Origin: Blastocystis sp. Blastoise
Taxonomy: Eukaryota; Protista; Bigyra: Opalinata
DNA: 64,000 bases
Reading direction: 5' to 3'
Assembly: GCA_039096225.1 (NCBI GenBank)
Contig: JBBPEB010000003.1
Coordinates: 186,001-250,000 of the forward strand
Part shown: positions 28,913-43,170 of the stretch, one piece after another
How the letters are laid out: every line of letters starts with the position of its first letter
How positions within the stretch are numbered: the first letter of the stretch is position 1
Notes under the pieces: model-generated
Databases searched by the model: none
The model's input: the letters and a program-made list of their open reading frames with translations, nothing else
Told to the model about the DNA's origin: nothing
Position numbers and translations under genes: made by a program

Positions 28913-30405
28913 ATGAATGGACGTAAGAATGAATGGTGTAAATCACAATTACGATCTTTTATATATCGTTTAAAGAGATGTGATATTGTATGTTTTATTA
29001 TTATTTATTTATTATATTTATTTTTATTATTTATTATTATATATAATTATTATTATTAACCAAATTATATAATTATTATATAAAGAAAGATTTTGATACA
29101 AATTTAATTACTGAAGAGTTTTTAAGTCAATTTCCTAAACCAAAAGAGGATTTAGAAAATCAGTTAGAAACATCTCAAAATACTTCTGTTTCTATAAAAG
29201 AAAATTCAATTGAAGAACAATCCACTCTTCCTACAACTATCAATCCTAATGATTGTACAGAAAACATTGTTCCTAGTATATGGATGCAAGTAGATCCTTT
29301 TTATACACCTATAACATCATTTGTAAATAATGATTCTTATACTATGATGAGCACTATACCTAGAAGACCAAGAGTTCCTTTTAATAATATTTATAATGTT
29401 AAACCTACTTATAGTTCTGATACGATGAATCCTATATATAAAAATAACAATCATGAACTCAATTCTTCATCATCTGATTATCAAGGAGGACCTCTTATGA
29501 ATCTTAGTTCTGAACAATATTCAGATAGTGTATCTATGTCAGAAAGTAATGAACATGAATCATCATTACCAAATATCCAAATAGATGACTCTTATGATAT
29601 GCTCTCAAACACTGGAAAATCAAACTATTCGGACCTTATACAAGATCCAAATATACATACATACGATTTATCTAAACAAAACAATATATCTCAACATTCA
29701 ACTCATTTGTTAAAACATCAAATTTCCTATGGATCTTCAGATACACTTCTATATGAAGAAGAACCTCTAGAGTGTACCGTAAACAAAAATAGAGAAATCA
29801 AAATAGAAAACCCGTTACAAAGAATAATAAAAACTGATGTGAAAACTGAAGTGATTCATCCTTATAATATAAATCTTCACGTTAATACAAATGAAACTTG
29901 CTTCTTAAAGAACTCTTTATCCAGCACGAATACATCTTCAATATGTTCAACACCTAATAATCAAGATACTGATTCTTCCTATGTATATCAAAACAATAAT
30001 AATTCAATTTTTTCTCCAGAAATAGTTCCATGTCCATTAAATCAGGATACTCTATTTCAAGCAAATCAAATACATAAAACTATTATGAATAACAATTTGA
30101 ATCTAAATAAATTTACAATTAATAATAATAAAATATTGTCACCTATGGGAGAATCATTTATGTCAACTGGAAGTTCTTCAATGTATTCTTCTGATGCATC
30201 TATTTCTTCAGATAATGATGATTTTACATCTAATAATGATCCTAATTCTTTTTCTTCAACAACACAGTCAATGTTTATTGATGAACAACATTATTCACAT
30301 TTATATAATAATATGAATTACGAATACCAATTCCCATCATCTACTAATACAACTGTGCAAAGAATCCCTTCACAGTCATTAGTTTGTAATCAGACTTTAA
30401 TATAG
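27372..30405 (+). CDS. Myb transcription factor with three Myb/SANT repeats and a long Ser/Asn-rich tail
   Basis: R1 WTETDIERLQVAISMYGEGHWTKISNY|IGTKSVNKCR; R2 WSKREDEML..WGILCETLKTRTSKQCSCRWNYILNP; R3 IEDDEPYKL..KKFGPNFKLIAKNMNGRKNEWCK. Contains an AT-AC intron. Confidence 0.9.
28223..28300 (+). other. U12-type AT-AC intron in the Myb gene
   Basis: 5' ATATCCTTT, branch-like TTTCTTAAT just upstream of the 3' AC. Removal restores SNY-IGTK in Myb R1; retention hits TGA. Confidence 0.88.
28852..28909 (+). repeat. Intron consisting solely of G(TA)28G
   Basis: AAG|GTATA...TATAG|AAT; removal restores IAK-NMNGR in Myb R3. Confidence 0.9.
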
Positions 30406-32170
30406 TTTTTTTTTTATAATTCTTATAATTTTTATTCTCTTCTTTTGTCCTTTATGCGCCATACATTGATGAATAATTAGATTTATTATCAGTAGCCATT
30501 TAATCTTTCATGTATCATAGTCTATTTTTACACTATCCTCTCTCTCTCTTTTTTTTTTGTTTTCATGTATCAAAATTTTGATGAAACAAATATTTACAAC
30601 ATACCGATAATATTTTGTAGCCATTATTATGACTATGCTCTTATCATTCAATTAACTATGTTCCTTCTTCATTTGTCTAATTATTGTTTTCTATTTGTTT
30701 GTTTACTTTAATGTATTTTATTCCTGTTTTCACTTATTTTCAACTTTTTTTCATTCTTCTCTCAATGAGATTTTTGTTCTTTTCACCTTTTTATATATAT
30801 TATTTATTTATATATCGTTTTGTTATCAATAAAAAATTAATAATATGTAGAAGTTTTTTAAAAATAAAACACTTTTTTATAAACAAAAATTATGATTTAT
30901 TGTTTATAAAAATTAATAATTTTTTGCTTTAAGAAATAGTAAATTATATAAAAATGTTAAAAAATATTTTTTATATAACAAACAGAATGTTCTTTGGGTG
31001 TACTGTTTGAAAATTAAATTATTGAAGCAATTGGACAATTAGGAAAATAACAATGTATGTTGAATGCATATATTTCAATTAATTTATATTTTCAATAATA
31101 TCTCAAGTAGGAAATTTTATTAATTTTAAGTAAATTGTAATTAAATTGTAATTATGAATATAGATAAACAATATAATAGAGTATTTTGTTTGCTTTGTTG
31201 TTCCTTTCAGCGTTAGAATATGTGCCAAAAATAAAAAGGAAAGCAATCAAGGTTAATCAAAGACATATATAATGAAACAATTAGATTTCTTTTGACATGT
31301 TAAAAGATAAATAACAAGAAATATTAAAAAAAAAAGAATAGAAATATAAAATAATGTATATAAAGGAATGAAAGATTTTAAAGGAATTAGTTCAACAATA
31401 TACATAGAATGGAAAACATAAATATATTATTTAAAAAAAAATATATATATATATAAGAAAGATAACGTGGTTGTTTATAGAAAAAAGTTATTTACAATTA
31501 GAAGAATGAAAATATGTATATAAAACATGAAACTTAGTAATAGATTTCATAAAATAAATTAATTAATAAAAAAAAATATAGATATAGCAATTAAAAAACA
31601 AACAAAAAAATAGTATATATACATTCATATATATAAAACAAGTCGCAAAAAAATGTTATATAAGATAAGATACAAAGAAGAAGAGTATATATATATATAT
31701 ATAGAAAAAAAAAACTGTCTAGTAATAAATAAAGTTAGTCATGAATAGAAACTATAGAGAAACAATATATATATATATAGGAAAATTACCATATATATAT
31801 ATATGAAATCAAATAAAAAAAAACAAAAAAAATAATACATGTATATAAAACCATTAAAAAATCGAAAAAATAAATTATAATTATATATATATACATATAC
31901 AGATGAAAAAATATATGTATAAAATACTGAACATGATAAATATTAAAAAAAAAAGATAAATGTAAAATTGAGAAAAGAACGTTAATATAGATAAGAATAA
32001 AAAAAAATAAGAATAAAAAAAAAGAATAACAAAAAAAAAATAAAAAAATAAATATAAAAAAAAACTATATATAGAATACTAAAATAAATAAGCTTAAAAA
32101 GTTAAAAAAAAAAAAAAATAGATACTATTAGATAATAAATCCATATATTATTTTTCTATAAATACTATGT

Positions 32171-33857
32171 TTATGCGATTCCATAGACTTCAATTTCATC
32201 GACAGTAAAGTAATAGCTATCTTCTCCTTTGTCTTCTAAGAACAATTTCCATCCTTGTTTGGTAGTATCGGGTCCATAACCATAAGAGAAATGTATATAG
32301 TTATAACGTACTTCATTACATTTATCAGAGACATATAGATCACATCCTAAACCAAAAGAAGGGCCACAAGATTCATTACAATAAAGTGAATTTGAAGGAT
32401 CCGAAGTATTGAATTTAATAGCAGGATGATGAAGTGGATTCTGAAGTGTAAAGATGAATGCCTTTGGATCATACTCCCATTTCCCACCTAGAGGACAAGA
32501 GGGAGATAGTATAGGTAGAAGAGAAAGAATAATAATATAAATAATAATAGTAAATAGAATATAAATAATATAGTATAATAGAATATAAATAAAAATAATA
32601 TAATAAAAAAATAAAACATAAAATATTAAAAATAATAAAAATAAAACAAAAATAATAAAAATAAAACAAAAATAATAATAATACAAATAAATAATACTAT
32701 AAATAAACTTCAAGCTTACTTGTACACCATGAGCAACTAGTATATCCACCAAATATATATTTATGTCCATAATCATTATTACGTATAATAGTTACAGTCT
32801 CACCTTGATTATCACATTTATCATGAAATATTTTCCCTGTAAATCCATCTTGACTTCCACGATATAATAATTTCCATGATTTATTTCCATCTAACCATCG
32901 ATTTAATATACTACTCGTTTCATTAGTTAATATCAAAGAATCACTGAATGCAAAAGAATACCAGTATTTCTTCATTAATGTAGAACTTCGTTCGATTCCT
33001 AAATCTTCAAATTCTTTCTCTAATTTTATAAAATCGATATTTGATTTCACAGAATCCGATAATTGAATATCTCCTGTAGTAATATATTGATATACATAAT
33101 CAAAATATTTATAATATTTCAATACAGTAAACACATGACTAAATTCATCATAATCTACGTTATCGTCAATAGGTTTTTGAAAGAATGAATTTGTTATATT
33201 TCTTTCTTTCAAATCATAATTCGTAATTTTATATACTTTCCCATTTATATCTACTTTCTTATCCCATAACCATTCACGTTCTTTAGCTAACTTAAAACGA
33301 ACATCATCTAAATATTCAGGAAAAGGAAGGTTGAAAAATAAAAACTCATCATGAAGAGTAATCAATTCACTCTCACGCTTTTGAGATAATTTTATATCAT
33401 TACCAACCATAAAATCAAATATTTGAGGTAAATAAGTATCCTCATGATCAATAAAGATTTCACCTTTTTCATTCAAACTCTTTGAATCTTGACAAAGAAC
33501 ATAAAAAAGACAATTAGGAAACTTTTCCAATAAATCGACATCAACTACATATTTCTTCGGACTTCCACGAAAGGTAAATACATAAGAAGTCGCAGACATA
33601 GCATTCGCTGTAGGAACTGAATTCATCTTAGGATCAAGAGGAGATATGGTTAAACCATTCGATTTTTCTATTTTTCCAAAGAGTGTATTCATACTAGCAA
33701 ATGCATCATTCATCTTCTTAGAATTCTCTTTACAAAATGAAATCAAATCCTCAGTAAACTTATTATAACTAAATTGAAGATTATTCATTTGTGATTTTAA
33801 TAATCTTAAATCTTCACGATCCATAGTAATCGTTGTGCTTTCTTTCGGAGTCTGCAT
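32171..33857 (-). CDS. BTB/POZ-like plus TLDc domain protein
   Basis: BTB-like LLEKFPNCLF..GEIFIDHE..EFLFFNLP and a second degenerate copy. TLDc motifs WKLLYRGSQDGF..FHDKCDNQGETVTII..IFGGYTSCSW|..AFIFTL..GPSFG..VDEIEVY. One intron. Confidence 0.9.
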
Positions 33858-35046
33858 CTTCTATATTCAAATATATCACTTTTATACTTAAAAATGAACA
33901 ACAAAAATTGTCTTAGAATGCCTTGTTTTTTGAGGTTGTTTTTTCTTCTTAAACATAAAGTGAATTTTTCTTTTTGTTTTTGATGATTTTATCTGTTGAA
34001 ATAATTGATAAAATATGTCTCTCAAAAATAGAATATCATAGAATATCTATTCTTAAAAATACAAAATATAAAACAAATTTCTTGTTTTTAATTTTAGATA
34101 TATTACTAACTTTTAACAATCACATTGTAACTGTCTGAACCTAAACTAGTTATACATAAGAACAAAATAATGAAAACATGAAAATTAAATATATTGGATG
34201 AACTCTTTTTTCTATAAATAGTATATAAATAAACAGATTTCGAAAAACAATAGATAAGCAACACTTATATAGTTAGAATAACTCTCTATAAAAACAAATG
34301 ACGACAATCTTGTTGATCTATAATTTGATAACATCTAAACTCAATAGAAACATCAATATAAGTATATCCATATCAACAAACAAATGATTAGTATTGAACG
34401 AAACATACTCGAATTTGAACAATTGAAAACCAGCTATTTAAGAAGAAATCATAATGAAAAACCATGTTGGAATGATATCCACAATACTTCCTTGATATAA
34501 ATTAACTCTATTGCCAAACATCTAAAATGTAGAACTATGAAATCTCCTTTAAACTAAGTTGAAAATAGGCTCTTTCGATTCCTCATGATGTCACCAGCTC
34601 AGAATAACTCATAAATAAATCAAATAATATTTGTATAAAGAGAAAAAAAAACCTTGTACCCCTTCGACTCAAAATTCGCCGAGATCAACCAGTTGTACAC
34701 AAACAGATGTACCGTCATCAGGAAATGAATTATTTTCCATGATTTCTATCACTTTTTCTTCTTTTTTCCACTCATTTTTGTGTTCGATTCTCTTCTTTGA
34801 AAAACCCCTAAGATATGGGAATCATGGATTTTCACCAGAAAAAACAGAAATTCCCTATATAATAGAATCACCACAAAATTCTAGCTCCCAAAAAATAAAA
34901 TGGAATGTTTCACAAATTTATTTTAGAATAATACAAGTTATTGCTTTAATTGCATTATTTTAACTAAGTCCAGTATGCATTTTTACTACTCTATAGTCAT
35001 TCTTATCATCTGTGGCATAAATACTTATCTTTATTCTATTTAGATC

Positions 35047-35328
35047 ATGAGTTCTTATACTTTTCCTACCAAAGCTGCTGAGCCTGTAGATGCCTATGAT
35101 GGTTATCCTTTAGATGTTATCTTTAATGATATCCACAAAGGTACTACTTGTACTTATGATGATATGATCTTCTTACCTGGTAAGTTATTTCTCATATGAT
35201 TTTAATATATATATATATTTTATAACAAGTTTGGAATGATTAAAGTATTATATGCTAGACTTCTGAGAGGAAACTCTTTGATGCTTATATAATAATGACC
35301 AAAAAAAATTTTTTTTTTGCTTTAAATA

Positions 35329-35420
<92 letters not shown>

Positions 35421-36912
35421 GGATTCATTGATTTCCCTGTTTCTGATGTCAAACTTGATTCCAAGTTAACTCGTAATATCACCCTTCATGTTCCTCTTGT
35501 CAGGTATATATATTTAATAATATATATATAATATATAAATTATAATCAATAATAATAATAATATATTATATATATATAGTTCTCCTATGGATACTGTTAC
35601 TGAACATAGAATGGCTATTGCCATGGCTCTTAATGGAGGTATTGGTATTATTCATCATAACTGTTCCATTGATACCCAAGTTGATGAAGTTCTTCGTGTA
35701 AAGAGATTCAGAAATGGTTTTATTACTGAACCTGTTTGTGTTAAACCTACTCAAACTATTGAAGATGTTTTAACTCTTCATAAAGAATTAGGTTTCAGTG
35801 GTTTCCCTGTCACTGTTGATGGAAAGATTGGTTCTAAGTTAATTGGTATTGTTTCTAAGAGAGATTTCGATTTCATTACCGATACTTCTAAACTTATTCA
35901 AGATATTATGACTAAGAGAGATAATCTTGTTGTTGGTAAAGAAGGTATTACTCTTCATGAAGCTAATAAGATGTTATCTCTTTCTAAAAAGGGTAAACTT
36001 CCTATTGTTAATGAAAAGGATGAAATTGTTGCTTTAACTAGTCGTCTCGATTTAGTTAAGAATCGTGATTATCCTGATGCTTCTAAAGATAAGAAAGGTC
36101 AATTATTAGTAGGTGCTTCTATTGGTACTCGTCCTGATGATAAGACTCGTTGTACTGCTCTTATTAATGCTGGTGCTGATGTTATTGTCATTGATAGTTC
36201 TCAAGGTGATTCACTCTTCCAATTAGATATGCTTCGTTGGATTAAAGAAAATTATCCTCAAATTGATGTTGTTGCTGGTAATGTTTGTACTAGAAGACAA
36301 GCTATTCATTTAATTGAAGCTGGTGCTGATGCTATTCGTATTGGTATGGGTGTTGGCTCTATTTGTACTACTCAAGAAGTATGTGCTGTCGGTCGTGGTC
36401 AAGGATCTGCTGTTTATCACATTGCTAAGGCTTGTGCTGAATTTGGTATTCCCGTTATTGCTGATGGTGGTATTGGTAATGTTGGTCATATTACTAAAGC
36501 TCTCATTCTTGGTGCTTCTACTGTTATGATGGGTTCTCTTCTTGCTGGTACTGAAGAAGCTCCTGGTCAATACTTCTTCCAAGATGGTGTTCGTCTCAAG
36601 AAATACAGAGGTATGGGATCTATTGAAGCTATGGAACATGGATCTTCTCAACGTTATTTCTCTACTGGTGAACGTGTTAAAGTTGCTCAAGGTGTTGTTG
36701 GTTCTGTTGTCGATAAAGGTTCTCTTAAAATCTATCTTCCTTATTTAATACAAGGTGTTAAACACGGATTCCAAGATTTAGGTGTTCCTAGCATCGATAA
36801 ACTTAATGAATATCGTGCTTCTGGTATTTTACGTGGTGAAGTCCGTTCTAGTGCTGCTCAAGCTGAAGGTGGTATTCACAATCTTCATAATTATGAAAAG
36901 AGACTCTTCTAA
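35047..36912 (+). CDS. IMPDH: Inosine-5'-monophosphate dehydrogenase with CBS pair
   Basis: Exons 35047-35179, 35422-35503, 35580-36912. [40 protein letters not shown] and YRGMGS. Confidence 0.97.
35230..35303 (+). ncRNA. Intronic box C/D snoRNA, snR58/SNORD104-like
   Basis: Terminal stem TTTGG/CCAAA; C-like ATGATTA; D' CTGA (35263-66); AGAG-GAAA-CTCT hairpin; C'-like TTGATG; D-like ATGA. The guide TATATGCTAGACT is complementary to the LSU rRNA GAGUCUAR region. Confidence 0.7.
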
Positions 36913-37740
36913 ACAAACACTCTCTTTTTTCTTAATTTGATTATATCATGAAAATTCTTTTTTTTTTGAACGATACAATTCTTAAAGAACTTCTGGTTGA
37001 CTTTATAGACAACTGTTGTTCTTCTATTTCTATCTGTTTTTTTATATTTCCTTTTTCTATTTTTTAATTAATTTTATTTGTTTTCTTTTTTTTGTCATGT
37101 ATTTTTTTTAAAGATAATCTAGTATCCTTATTATTATACGTTAATTGATTGTACTGATCATTCATTTCTCTTTGTGTTATGTTCCTTTTTTATAAATTAA
37201 AATATATAAAAACAACAATTGATAACAAATTACATGCTTATCATGATAAATATATTATTCAGAAAACTCTATTGTTCATAAAGAAAGAAAAAAATAAATA
37301 ATAGGGTACATACAAAGGAGAGAGAATTAGTAATAATTGGTATTATTCAAAGAACAATAATTATGTATATATAATATCAACGATGAATAGTGAAAATAGA
37401 GAAATGCATACATTTAAAAAGAAAGCAAAAAAAAAAAAATACATACATATATACAAGTGATGAAGAATGAAAACAATAAAAAATGGAAGATATAAAGATA
37501 TTTAAATATATAACAATAAATAAATGAATGAGAATAATATATATATGAATAACAAAATAAATAAAAATATCAAGAAGAGAAGAAGTAGTATACTTGAACT
37601 TTCATAAATATAAAACAATAATAAATATATATATATATATATTCTTATAATAAAAACAACACTAATTCCATATATATATATTTATATTTATAAGTTAAGA
37701 AAAGAGATAAAATAAATAATAAAATAAATAAATATGTATC

Positions 37741-38474
37741 TTATTTGGGTGAAATATTTTCTACAACTGGACGAACATCATCGAACCAACTATTCTTAAG
37801 GCACTCACTAGCTGTAGCACGTTGTTCTATATATAGATATATAGTTATTATTATAAGTATTATTAAAAGGTATTTTTCATAATAAATATAATATAATAAT
37901 TATACTAATAATAATAATACATATATATATATATATATATATACTAGGATCATAAGTGAGCATAGGAATGAGTAATTGTTCAACTTTAAAGGCTTCTTCT
38001 CTCGGTATATGATACTCATTAAATAATATATCGGAGATAGACCAGTGACGATTCCCTTTATTATATCGTAAATAACCCTATGTTTAATAAATATAATAAA
38101 TAAATATTATAACAATAATATACATTTCTATTAAAGAACTCTCTAGATTTCTCTGCGTTACTAAATACATTCTTATTCATAGTCCCTAAAATAGACTCCA
38201 TAATGGCCAAATGCTCTTCATCTTTTGATATTCCTTCAGGTTCATCAACTGGATCAAATAAATAGTCTCCCGTGATTAATTCGAAGATCATACAGGCAGC
38301 AGACCAAATATCCGTGGAAGTATAGTATTTAGCACATAGAATAGCTTCAGGAGATCGATATTGGCGTGTTTGTATATAATTAGTAAAATGATGGCTTTTA
38401 AAACAAGAATTACCTAAATCGACGATCTTTGCATGTATTTCAACACCTATTATATATAGTGTTTATTATTATTA

Positions 38475-38505
<31 letters not shown>

Positions 38506-39227
38506 GATTATGATTATGATTATTATTATGATTATTATTATTATATATATACCTTCAGGGAAGAAAGGAGGAAGAGTGACGGAGTCAACGCTGGCACTTG
38601 TCGTTAACTCCTGAGCTGTTGGCCAATCAGACATTCGTGTTTCTAACGGCAGAGGGTATAATGAACATGATGCTAGATAATAATAATAATTATTCTTTAT
38701 AATAATAAAATAATAATAATAATAATAAAAATAATAATAATAATATACGAGCATCAAAATAGAGACCAGCATAAGATCCCTCACGTGTCTTGAAGAGTGT
38801 GTCATTGGGGGGTAAGAATTCTCTTTTAACGGACGCTAATAATGTGTGTTCAAAAGCTGATAACGTTTGTACGGGTGGCGGGAAACGAAGGAAATGGAGG
38901 TTAGGTATTTTGTGCTCTAATATATTGAATATTTCTACACAATGTCTTCCATCAAATCTCAAACTCCATAATAAGTCAACATCTCTTCCTTCTATATATA
39001 TATATATATATATATATAATAATAATGATATATATATATATATACTATTTTCAAAGGATTGAGTGAGGATATCGTGAACGTCATGTAATCGAGTATAACT
39101 ATCAGGGCCATGACCGCGAATATTAAACATATTACTATGATCCTCTATATATATAGTTATATATAGTTATATATAGTTATATATATACCAAGGAGAGTGT
39201 CACCAAATTGATAACTCCATTCACCCC

Positions 39228-39295
<68 letters not shown>

Positions 39296-39629
39296 GTGAT
39301 AATAATAATAATAATAATAATAATAATAGCATTAATACCAATAATAATAATAATAATAATAATATACCTTTTTCACCTTCTGGTTGAGCATCCACGTGAC
39401 TTTTACCCAATGCTGCATAGATAACTTTTTGAGGACAAATGAAAAACAGCTTAATATATAACTCATCCAATGGGTATTGATATTCACATGCTTTTAATAC
39501 AGGAAGAACCTAAATAATAATAATAATATATATATATATATATACATAAGGTTTCTCAGGTATTGCTTCGAATGCGAAATTTGTTGTAATAAAACGATAA
39601 ATATGTATAGCAGAGAAAATTGGAGGTAC

Positions 39630-39701
<72 letters not shown>

Positions 39702-40901
39702 TATGTAAATACATTTTTCTCGTTTATCAGCTTTTAGTTTCTTGATTTTGTTTTTCAGCTGATTTTTCAGACGAAGTTTGTCTTCAGGAAGAAGCGAGAG
39801 ATTGGCTAATTCCGACCGTATAGCAACTATCTCTTCATCATCATCAACAGATATTTCACACTGAGGTGGCGTAGGAACAGGCAAAAACTCAGGGATTGTA
39901 AGAGGAGGATAGGTGAGAAGAACATTTTCGGGCTTCAGATCTGTATGAATGATCTCACATGCGTCATGCAAGAAAGACAATCCCTCCAACATCTAAAGGC
40001 GGGAATATAATATAATAATAATATATATATATAATAATAATAAACATAAACATAATAATAATAATAATAAATATAATAATATATACATCATAAGATATTT
40101 TCTTAACATATAACAAGGGCAGACCTTTATAATCATAATATTTAATGAGATCTAAGAGTGACGCACCTAATAATTCATAAACAAAACATAAATGTACAAT
40201 GTATGAAGGAATATATAATATATATAAAGAAATAATAAATTATATATATAATATATATTAAAAAAAGGATATGTTTTCCATTTGGACCATAAAGAATAAA
40301 ATCATCATATAAATTCACTACAGGAGGATGCACGTGATAATCATGTTTCATTTTCATTATATAAGATAATAATTCCAATTCATCTTCAGCAGCATCTCGA
40401 TACTTATCGGCACCTTTTTGAATCTATATGATAAATATAGAAAAAAATATATATTCAAATAAAAAATGAATATATTCAAATAAGATATGAATATGTTAAC
40501 ATATTTAATAAAAAAATAAAATCTATATACTTTTAATGCGTAATAGCGGCCACTAATTTCTAAGTCTTCAGCCAACCATACTGTAGAAAATTGTCCCCAA
40601 CCTAGCTTTTTGATAATTTTATACTTATCATTATAGATATCTCCAATCTAGACAAATAATAATAATAGTTAAAAAAGAAAGATAGAATTGATTAAGAGAA
40701 TAGAGTTGCGTAAATGAAATCATACAATAACTGGATGATAACCACCTGAACGGTAATCACTTTGATCTTCTTCTTCTCCATCAGAGTATCCATCACTCTC
40801 TGATTCAGAACATGAAGAACAAGATTCAGAATTGTCTAAACTTAAATAAAATCAAAGACATATAACAACATACCATAATAGGTTTTGGAGCTCTTTCCCA
40901 T
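37741..40901 (-). CDS. SRPK: SR protein kinase (SRPK/Sky1 family)
   Basis: DYRSGGYHPV, KLGWGQFSTVWL, GPNGKH|LCFVYELLG, IIHTDLKPENVLL, spacer, KIVDLGNSC, IQTRQYRSPE, FELITGDYLFDP, DEEHLA. Confidence 0.96.
40194..40272 (-). other. U12-type AT-AC intron in SRPK
   Basis: Minus strand ATATCCTTTTTT ... TTCCTTCAT ACATTGTAC. Removing 79 nt fixes a frameshift and restores GPNGKHLCFVYELLG. Confidence 0.92.
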
Positions 40902-42276
40902 AATTTCTAAAAACACTTGTAAATATTAGATACTAGTAAAACGTACAGTTTGTTGAAGTCAAAGAAAAAGAATGATAAGAGATCACGCAACAATAAATAA
41001 TAAAAACTATCGGACATTTATGATACAATGATATTGGTGACAAAACCGTTTTATTCATGAATAAATCATTTAGTTGAAAAAATATCTATTTCTTTGTTGG
41101 TTTCAATAAGTTGTCGTCAATCAGAGGTTTAAGTCATATATTCATTTCTAACAGTGAATGATCAATATAAATATATTAAATAATTGTCGAATTTCTAGGT
41201 GACCGAATTTTCAGGACAAAAGATATTGCTTTTAATTGATTTAGTTAATAACTATTAAGTGATCTAGGAATATAGAGTAGATACTGATGAGTTATGGTTT
41301 TCGATGACAAAACAAAGCAATGAATGTTGTAAAATAATTATTATATAATGAAAAAAAATGAAAAATGAAAAAACGACAAAGAAAAGAATATATATACACT
41401 TCAAAATATAACAGTATAAGGTAATAATTACTAGGTAGAAAAATAGATGATAAAAATAACAAAATATATATATGTATATAGGAGAAACAAAAGAGATTAA
41501 AGGGATAATGATTTTTGATAGACTTTGATTGAAAAATAAATATAATAATAACTTGAAATTAATATATATATATATGTACACAAAGAAATAACAACAGTTT
41601 AGAGTATAAGCATTAATAAATAGATAAATAACGAAGTTATATATATATATATATATATATATATAACAATAGGAGAAAAAAAAAAAAATTAAAAAATGAT
41701 AAAAAAAAACAAAAATCACTTTAGAAAAACAAAAACAAAGCGGCAAAAAAAAGTATTATATAATAATTAAATAAATAAAAGCATAGAATAGAGAATATAT
41801 ACAAAGAAAGTCACAACAATTGATATAAGATATTTATATAAGTAAATAAAATAAAATTATAGTTAATAAATCAAAGAAGAGAATAAAAAATAATAATATA
41901 AAAAAGTATGTATTTATATAAAATATTAAATAGAAATATAGAATATATATATACAACACAAATAATATGAAATAAAAATATACAACAAATTAATAATTTA
42001 TATATATATTCGTAGTAAAATAGCAAAAGATATTAATAACTATATGTATAGATATATAGTTATAATTATTGGATTGTTCAATTGAAGTTAATATATATAT
42101 ACTTTTATATATAGAAATGAAAGAGAAAGCAATATAAGACTATGTATATATATATATATATATAATAGATATAGAATGGGAATACAATTAAAAGAATATA
42201 TAGAAGGGTATATATATATGAAGCACATAATAATCTAGTAATATATTTATATTATTATTATTTATTGTATTCTATA

Positions 42277-42758
42277 TTAATACACGCGTTCTTTATATAT
42301 AACACAACAACAACGAATAGAATAACCACAAGGACATTTGACATTTTCTTTGACTTCTCCAACTCTTTCATTACATTCCGAACAATATATATAGGAATCA
42401 TTTGTGACTGTTTGTTGTTTTTGCATCCATTTCATGATTTCTATATATATATCACATTTCGGATTATCTATATAACAATTCTCACTTAATATATTCACTA
42501 TCTCTTCATCCAGTTGGTCTCTATGTGCAGTTGTACTTATATATTTAAGTATTGAAAGAGAACGATAATATGATATAGCAGCTTCCTCATTATCAAATGG
42601 AATGGTGTATATATCTGCGGGAATATTCGTGTTTTTATATGTATATACATAAGGAGTAACAGAAGGAGCTTCTACAGACGACTTATTAGGAATACCACTA
42701 TATATATATAATGATAATTAAAATAATATATATATATATATAATGATAATTAATATAA

Positions 42759-42828
<70 letters not shown>

Positions 42829-42896
42829 GGTCATTCTTAAGGTCCTCTCCGTCATCTTCCTGGAGCCACGCGTTACGATCCGCAAAGAGATCTGTC

Positions 42897-42928
<32 letters not shown>

Positions 42929-43139
42929 ATTATAATTATATATGTATTTAAATATAATGATATACATTTTTGCTGATACGCTTATCTATATATATATATA
43001 ATGATAATTAAAATAATATAATAAATATATATATATACGAGTTGATCGAAGTTCTGTTAAATTTGAATCTAAAGATATATATATAAACAATCATAATAAT
43101 AAATATAATAAATTATCTGAATAGATAGAAAAACATTTC

Positions 43140-43170
<31 letters not shown>

